Positions 56,139 through 64,000 of a DNA stretch of 64,000 nucleotides are shown piece after piece; position 1 is the first letter of the stretch; each line of letters starts with the position of its first letter. A program made the position numbers and the translations under genes. Under the pieces are notes generated by a model, which was not told where the DNA came from, did not search any database, and saw only the letters and a list, made by a program, of their open reading frames with translations. This DNA comes from Octopus vulgaris (taxonomy: Eukaryota): contig OX597838.1 in the NCBI GenBank assembly GCA_951406725.2, positions 6,324,001 through 6,388,000 of the forward strand, read 5' to 3'.

Positions 56139-56552
56139 TACTCTTTTACTTGTTTCAGTCATTTGACTGTGGCGATGCTGCAGCACCGCCTTTAGTCGAG
56201 CAAATCGATCCCAGGACTTATTCTTTGGAAGCCTAGTACTTATTATATCGGTATCTTTTGCCGAGCCGCTAAGTTACGGGCACGTAAACACACCAGCATC
56301 GGTTTTCAAGCGATGTTGTGGGGTGGGGGCAAACACAGACACAGAAACTTATACACACACACACACACACATACATACTTATACATATATACGATGGGCT
56401 TCTTTCAGTTTCTGTCTACTAAATCCACTCACAAGGCTTTGGTCAGCCCGAGTCTATAGTAAAAGGCACTTGCCCAAGGTGTCACGCAGTGGGACTTAAC
56501 CCGGAACCATGTGGTTCGTAATGAAGCTACTTACCACACAGCCACTCCTACC
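56139..56552 (-). mobile_element. SINE family A, full length
   Basis: Reverse-complement match to 30424-30900 along its whole length. Confidence 0.9.
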
Positions 56553-58642
56553 TACAGTTGAAGTCACGGATATGTTATAAACTTTGGAGAAGTAGTGAAC
56601 TAACTGTGTTTTGGTATGTTTCGAATATCTCAAATGGTAACATGTATTCCCATTTGTAGGGGCGACACTCGACTCCCCTCACCAGAGAGAAATTCGCGTA
56701 AACTTTCTGTTTGTATTAATTTAATTTGTGGACCACTGGTGATGTTAATTCTTACCAATTGGTTGTAAATGATGAGACTAATCTATATGCAGTCACCTCG
56801 TAGCATTTCTTTGCATATTTAACTTCTTTAGATTGTTTTTTCATACGCATATCAATGGCAATTTTATAAACTGTAGCTGATTCAAACAAAATATAACACA
56901 CGAAATGATAATAAGTCCGTGTGAAGGATTTTAGTCAGGTCGCTATAGGATATTATCGCTAACGTTAAACAGTGTAGCATTTCTGTACTACCTGCGACAT
57001 TCTAGCGAAAGAAAAAAAAGATTCAGTCGGTTGAAGAAAAAGAAATGAAAAAAATTATGTGAATGAAAAAAATCTCAAGTGGGGTCTTGTGGAGGACACC
57101 TGCAAGTAAGAGTTGGGTTGTTTCACAACTAACACATGTTGGACAGACACAGCCACCAGGTTCAGTCATCGAGGTACGCTGTAGGGGCCATTCACGCAAA
57201 CGAGGTTATATGTCATCATAGCATCACCCCTCTGCTAAATTTGTATTCCTCACTCTCATCTATAACACTAAATTCAACCATCTTTTTCAACTACGTAATA
57301 GATATTACCTTCCTCCTGTCACACGTCATGAACGCTTCTCCCATCCTCTTTTCTCTATCCCTATTTTCTTTCTCCCAATTTTTCTCGAAACACGCGAAGG
57401 CGTTACCTACGGGCTAAGTAACGCAATGACAAGCATAATTATTATCAAAATATGTGCGTGCGTGTGCATGCATGTGTGCGGGCACGCGCGCTTGTGTGTG
57501 CATGTGGATGTCTGTAGTTACCGCGCACTCACCTTTTCGCTATTGTTCGTCTAAGCAGTATAGATACTAGCACATATAAGCACTATATGACACATATTCC
57601 CTGTCTGTACACCATTGTTTGTATCTAAATTAAAATAAAACCTACGTCCTCAACAACCAGTAACCGATTATGTGTCCAGGTATTTTGCGGATAATACTCC
57701 GTTTGAGTTTGAGTTTATATTTGCGTCTTACCTATTTACGCTTATTTATGTGTATATCTATTATCGTGCATGCTTTGCAATTTTGTAGGAAAGAGCCAGT
57801 GAAGAATGATGCAACGGGAAGCGACTAAAAACAGGAGAAAGGAAACCATGTCCTACTGAAGTAGATTTATATAATTTATATAATTTATTGTTATCTGACC
57901 TTTTAGCGACACCGATTTTCTAGAACTTTCACAAAATTATGAAAAATGAATCCGAAATAGAATTTCTGTCTCTCTCTAATATGAAATTCTGTCTTTCTCC
58001 CTTAGATTCGGTGTATCGGTAATTTCAAAATATTGTACTTTTATGGATTTACATTAACTGGTATAAAAGTCGGTGGTGTAAGTATTTTCGGAATATAAGA
58101 TAATGTTCCGTTATACTTATGCTTTGCAAGACGGTATATACGTTGATACGCCTCAGAAATGTATTATTTTTAGACTGTTTCTATTCAAATGTTCATAAAA
58201 TGGCTTCGAAGCAAGAAGGTGTATATTTAAGTAGTAAAATATGAATAAGTCTTGCCACCAAACCAGGAATATGTTTCTTCATATATTCATGGAGGACCAC
58301 GTTCGAGTTTTTCATATTCATTATGCATTAGCTGAACATACTCATTTTATTTCTAGAAGGTCAGGGTTCAAAGGAAGAGTTTTAGATGCTGCAATATTGC
58401 AAAAGCAGCTTCCAAATTTCTGGTATTGTTTTTAGTTTTATTCGTCCGAAAGGTTAATATTTATATCGTTACAGCTTTTAGTATCTTATTTCTGAAATTT
58501 TATGCTACATATTTCCCTTGCATAATTCACATTAAAAACATATAATATATACAGAGGGAAACTGGGAGAGCGGTTAACGTACGTGCGTTCACATACACAA
58601 ACGTTTATATGTACACAAACGCACACACATCCTTCAATGCTT

Positions 58643-58701
<59 letters not shown>

Positions 58702-58726
58702 GTATATATGTGGGAGTGTATATAAA

Positions 58727-58783
<57 letters not shown>

Positions 58784-59563
58784 TGGAGTGTGTGTATGTA
58801 CCGAAAGAGAAAGAAAAATGCTCTCAAATGTAGAAATTTATAGATAATTAGAAAGGTATATATATAGACATACAAATATATAGTTGGATACATAGATAGA
58901 TAAACAGATAGAGAGATACATACATACATAAGTACATACATGCATAAATACATACATACATACGTATATACATACATACATACATACATACTTCTATACA
59001 CATATGTAGATAGATTGATGTTGTCTTTATTTTACAAGCCAGTATGTAATTATCGTGGTCATAGATGTTGGAGGAATGTGTCATAAACATTAAATTGTAT
59101 AACATTTTATGAGTGTGTGTTCGCTTGGACAACCTATATTGATAACACGATCAAAATTTATATGTGTGTGAACAAACTACATCTTGCACAAGAGATGTGT
59201 GCGTACCATCAAACAGTAGTTTTCAAAAGAGATAAGATAAGCTCCTGTGGATTATTAAATGCGCGACCGGATATCAATTAATATGCGTGAGGAATTCCTT
59301 TAACGTATTTCGCTATTACGTTTACGAAATCATAAATAGTTTATACCATTTTGCTGTGATATTCTCCAAAAATCAATGCCAAGTTATGACTACGGTGAAG
59401 CCGTACTTGTTGGAGAAAATGACATTAATTTAAATGCAAATGGTGTATATTTTAACATTCGGCGATTTCTACTAATTAAATAATACATACTTGGAATAAG
59501 CTAGTAAAGCTAAATAAATGAGTGAACATATGTGTTTTGTTTTGTGAATACTTACATGCATAC

Positions 59564-59621
<58 letters not shown>

Positions 59622-60388
59622 GTATGTATGCATCTATTTATTATGTATATATATGCACACACACATATGTATGTTTCGTGTTTCGCCCAAATATGGTGCA
59701 CGTTCCCAGAATTAAATTGGAATAATGAAATTAATCCAAGTGCCTCTCGATACTTAATATTCAACGTTTTGGAAACCCTCGCTTTACGATATAATGGTAA
59801 ATGCATACATTAAAGTATCATTTACAGAAATGGTGTTATGGATGTTAGTTTTATTTTTTTTCGATACAGCGTATATAATTAGTAAGTATGAGTTATATAG
59901 ATAAAACATGATTTGGAATTTTAATATAGTGTCACTTTTAACAATATGGAAAGTGACGTATTTATCAGTATGACTGTATTGTATCGTTAACAATCGTTTC
60001 TGTTCATCTGAAGAAAATGTTGGTGTTGTATTAACGTCTTTTTTTTTATAAGGGTGATTACTCGACGTCATGTACGAGGTATGCGTACCTTCCAGAAATA
60101 AGGTACTCTAACACCGAAAGGAATTGCCTTCATATACATCAGAGTTCAAGCTCAGGCTGCAATGCATTTATAGTTCTAGTAAAACCTATAAAACGAATGA
60201 AAAACGAGAGGAATTCTCAGTGAATGTTAAGCTTCATGATACAGAACGTCGATAGGGTGACTAGCTCTAAAGATTCAGGTTGTTTTCTTCTTCGTCTACC
60301 CATTACATAAACTTTACGGGGTTCCGTGTTCCACAATTGCTTATGTTTTTCTGTTCCCTATTTCTCTTGGTCGTGTTTTCGTTTCCCA

Positions 60389-60424
60389 TTATTCGAAGAA
60401 GAAACTGTGTCCGAAACGTTATAA
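60389..60424 (+). ncRNA. Decayed minimal hammerhead motif
   Basis: ttat-TCGAAGA-a-gaaactgtgtcc-GAAA-cg-TT-ataa; helix I ttat/ataa; palindromic ACGT helix III; core and helix II mutated. Confidence 0.4.
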
Positions 60425-60515
60425 CCAAACTCCTGCAATTTTCTCATCGTCGAGGTAATGATATTGTTTTAGAATGTAACGCGTATTTTCCTTTCGTATG
60501 TAGATGTGTATTTCA

Positions 60516-60563
<48 letters not shown>

Positions 60564-60633
60564 ATGTGTGTGTGTGTGTACATAATTACACACACATACA
60601 AACATATATACACAAACAGGCACGCACACATAC

Positions 60634-60676
<43 letters not shown>

Positions 60677-61383
60677 ATCAGTTAGTGAAACAGGAAATAA
60701 TTGCTTTACATAATCTCTTTTATTTTGCTGTACTAAACTACCAACTATCTTTCACAGACTTCAGAACGGCTATCTTCTATATACAGGTGCACAAAGTTAA
60801 ACAATGTTAAATCGCCAATTTTCCGAAAGATGAAAGTAAGTTTGAATAGAACTATTTAATGCAGTCTTTGCAGAAGAACACGGCCCGGCTTCCAATTCAA
60901 TAACTACGCTGTTTAAATCGTCTTCCCATCTTCATTTCTTTATCTTATCCTTCCCGTTCGTTTTTGATGTTGTTCTTCTATAATTATTTCGCCTGCATCA
61001 TCAGACAGGCGCCAAATACATTTGCAAATAAAATCAAGCTTTAGAATCACTTAAGAGAGTTTCAATGCTAAGAAAAATCTCTTGTAACTTAGTGAGAAAG
61101 AAACAAACAAAAGGATAGGAAAGCGATGAAGAAAGAGATGAAAAACACAACGAACAGCATATGAAGTGATTCTCTGTGTTGAGATCAAGAATATTTCATA
61201 CAAGATTTTGTATACGTTTTTGAGTCTATTTTCGTGCTGGAGGAATGTCGACGCAGGAAATCTAAAGAAGAAACATTATATATTTACAAATGCACACAAT
61301 ATTTGTTTACATTTATTTATGTTATTGTGAATATATGTACACACACATTTACTTACATACTTATGTGTGTGTTTTTAAATTTA

Positions 61384-61422
<39 letters not shown>

Positions 61423-62044
61423 GTTGGAACAATAATGAAAAGTGAGAAAACTTCAATAATAATATATTGAAATTGAACACAATTACATCTTAAATATATC
61501 AAACATACACATATAAACGTAAATGCATAATACGTGTGCGAATATATATAAATATATATAAATATCTACGTGAGCGTATGTGTGTGTGTTTGTGTATACG
61601 CATATGTAAGAGAGAGAGAGAGAGAGAGAGAAATAGTGAGGTAGACAAAGATTAAGAGAGATAGAGAGGACGACAGAAGGCAAATAAACACATGCGTATG
61701 TGTACTAATTTCTTAATGCACTTCCAAACTATTCGTAAACTCTCAGACTGAGCAGCTACAAGCAGAGTATATATATATATTCCTGAGATGGATACGAAAT
61801 AACAGAGCTTATATATCCTAACTGTAGTTGCAGTGAAAAAACCTACATAATATGCAAGGTTTTAGCAAGTGCATTAGCGCCAAATAGAATGGTAATTACT
61901 TAAAACGCAAATTCAAATACCTTTATGCACTCTCTTCCTAATTGAAGCTTACTTATTTCGTAGATATCAATGTCTTCATACAGATCTATATACACAGTTA
62001 TTATATTATTGATATTCATCGAAAAATCCATCGTGGAGAATATG

Positions 62045-62464
<420 letters not shown>

Positions 62465-62763
62465 TGTATGTATGTATATGTATATGTGTGTACATATATA
62501 AACGCATACAAACACACGCGCAAACACACGTATATATATATACATATACATATGTGTGTACATATATATATATATATATATATACATATATATATAAGCA
62601 CATACACACATACACATATAAGTTGGTACCCTTGTCATTGGACTTTCTCGTTGTCAATGTCGTTTCTGACGTCCCTACCACGACCTCTCAAATATGTATG
62701 CAATCCCGCTGCAAATCTACAGTATCAATGGATCAATATAGGGGGTAATATTTAGTACACCTC

Positions 62764-63461
62764 AAGGCGGGTTGCTGGCAGAATCGTTTACACGGCTGGC
62801 GATATGCCTAGCGGTATTTCGTCTGTCGTTACGTTCCGTGTTCAAATTCCGCCGAGGTCAACTTTGCCTTTCATCCTTTCGGGGTCGATAAATTAAGTAC
62901 CAGTTACGCACTGGGGTCGATGTAATCGACTTAATACCTATGTCTGTCCTTGTTTGTCCCCTCTGTGTTTAGCCCCTTGTGGATAATAAAGAAATAGGTA
63001 TTTCGTCCGCCGTTACGTTCTGAGTTCAAATTCCGCCTTTCATCCTTTCAGGGTCGATTAAATAAATACCAATGACGCATTGGGGTGACGTAATCGACTT
63101 GATCTCTTTGTCCCCTCTATGTTTAACGCCTTGCGGGCAATAAAGAAAGAAATATTTTGTTAAAATTCCCTTTCGGGGTCGATAAATTAAGTACCAGTTA
63201 CGCAATGGAGTCGATTTAATCGACTTAATCCGTTTGCCTGTCCTTGTTTGTCTCCTCTGTGTTTAGACCCTGGTGTGTAGTAAAGAAATAGGTATTTCAT
63301 ATGTCTTAACGTACTGAGTTCAAATACCGCCGAGGTCGAGTTTGCCTTTCTTCCTTTCGGGGTCGATAAATTGCGTAAACCCAGTTGCGTACTAGGGTCG
63401 ATCAAATCGACAGGCCCCTTCCCCCCAAATTTGTAGCCTTGTGCCTAGAGTAGAAAATAAT
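62764..63461 (+). mobile_element. SINE family B head-to-tail multimer (~4 units)
   Basis: One head; units start gtattt at 62814, 62998, (partial ~63165) and 63292; last unit has tail type 2. Confidence 0.9.
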
Positions 63462-64000
63462 ATTTAGCAATATATTTAGCACTTCGTATTTAGTAAAGAG
63501 TGAATATATATTCTACCGAGAAGAGTAGTTCTGTATCTTCAAACAGTGCATCCGGTTTGTTTGAAATCTTCCGAAGATTAATTGTACAGAGGACACACAG
63601 ACGGTGATACAATAACAAATTGAACAAATCAATATTAGTAGAGTTAATGCAGATTATTAATAATTCAAATTTATTATACATATATGATGGAAATATTTTG
63701 CGATGTCTCATATTTTAGCTAAAGATATTTGCTTTATTTCTTATCAGAAAATTAGTGCCTTTATTGGAATACATTGAGATTCTCTGTTAATATTTCTCCA
63801 ATCAAACTAACGGATGAATATGTATATAGATGTCCGAGTGGAATGCTTAATACAATAATTACATACTCATCATTTATTAACGCGCTAAAATGCTTGTTTG
63901 GAACGTGAAATTTATGCAATGCGAAGTTTGAGAAATGCTTCGGCGTGTAAGCGATTCCGGTTATTTCCTTCTGTTGGTGTTACCGTTCGTATATATAATT

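Noticed and set aside
60977-61010. Minus-strand CTGATGA...GAAA motif
   Set aside because: Helix II only 2 bp with a 2-nt loop, a competing gcctg/caggc hairpin, and no repeat context; could be chance.

Overview
AT-rich, microsatellite-saturated eukaryotic non-coding DNA. The SINE families and repeat texture point to an octopus (coleoid cephalopod) genome; this is an inference from recalled repeat families, not a database result. No host exon is recognisable, and nearly all listed ORFs are translations of (TA)n/(CA)n/(TATC)n/triplet repeats. Real content: (i) a decayed 3.1-kb CR1/L2-like LINE (APE endonuclease + RT, minus strand, 51.9-55.0 kb); (ii) a mariner remnant, a piggyBac MITE, mariner MITEs, a 550-bp foldback made of two transposon 3' ends, and a Helentron-like fragment; (iii) more than 20 tRNA-derived SINE copies in several modular families, including a nested insertion and two head-to-tail multimers; (iv) about a dozen minimal type-I hammerhead ribozyme motifs (intact to decayed) in several short repeat families, mostly embedded in (TA)n tracts. 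One family has a G3-C8 swapped core plus an extra nucleotide, and one motif lies downstream of a Penelope-like GIY-YIG remnant; (v) an old three-copy local duplication in the first 8.5 kb. All alignments and folds were read by eye, so element ends are approximate.
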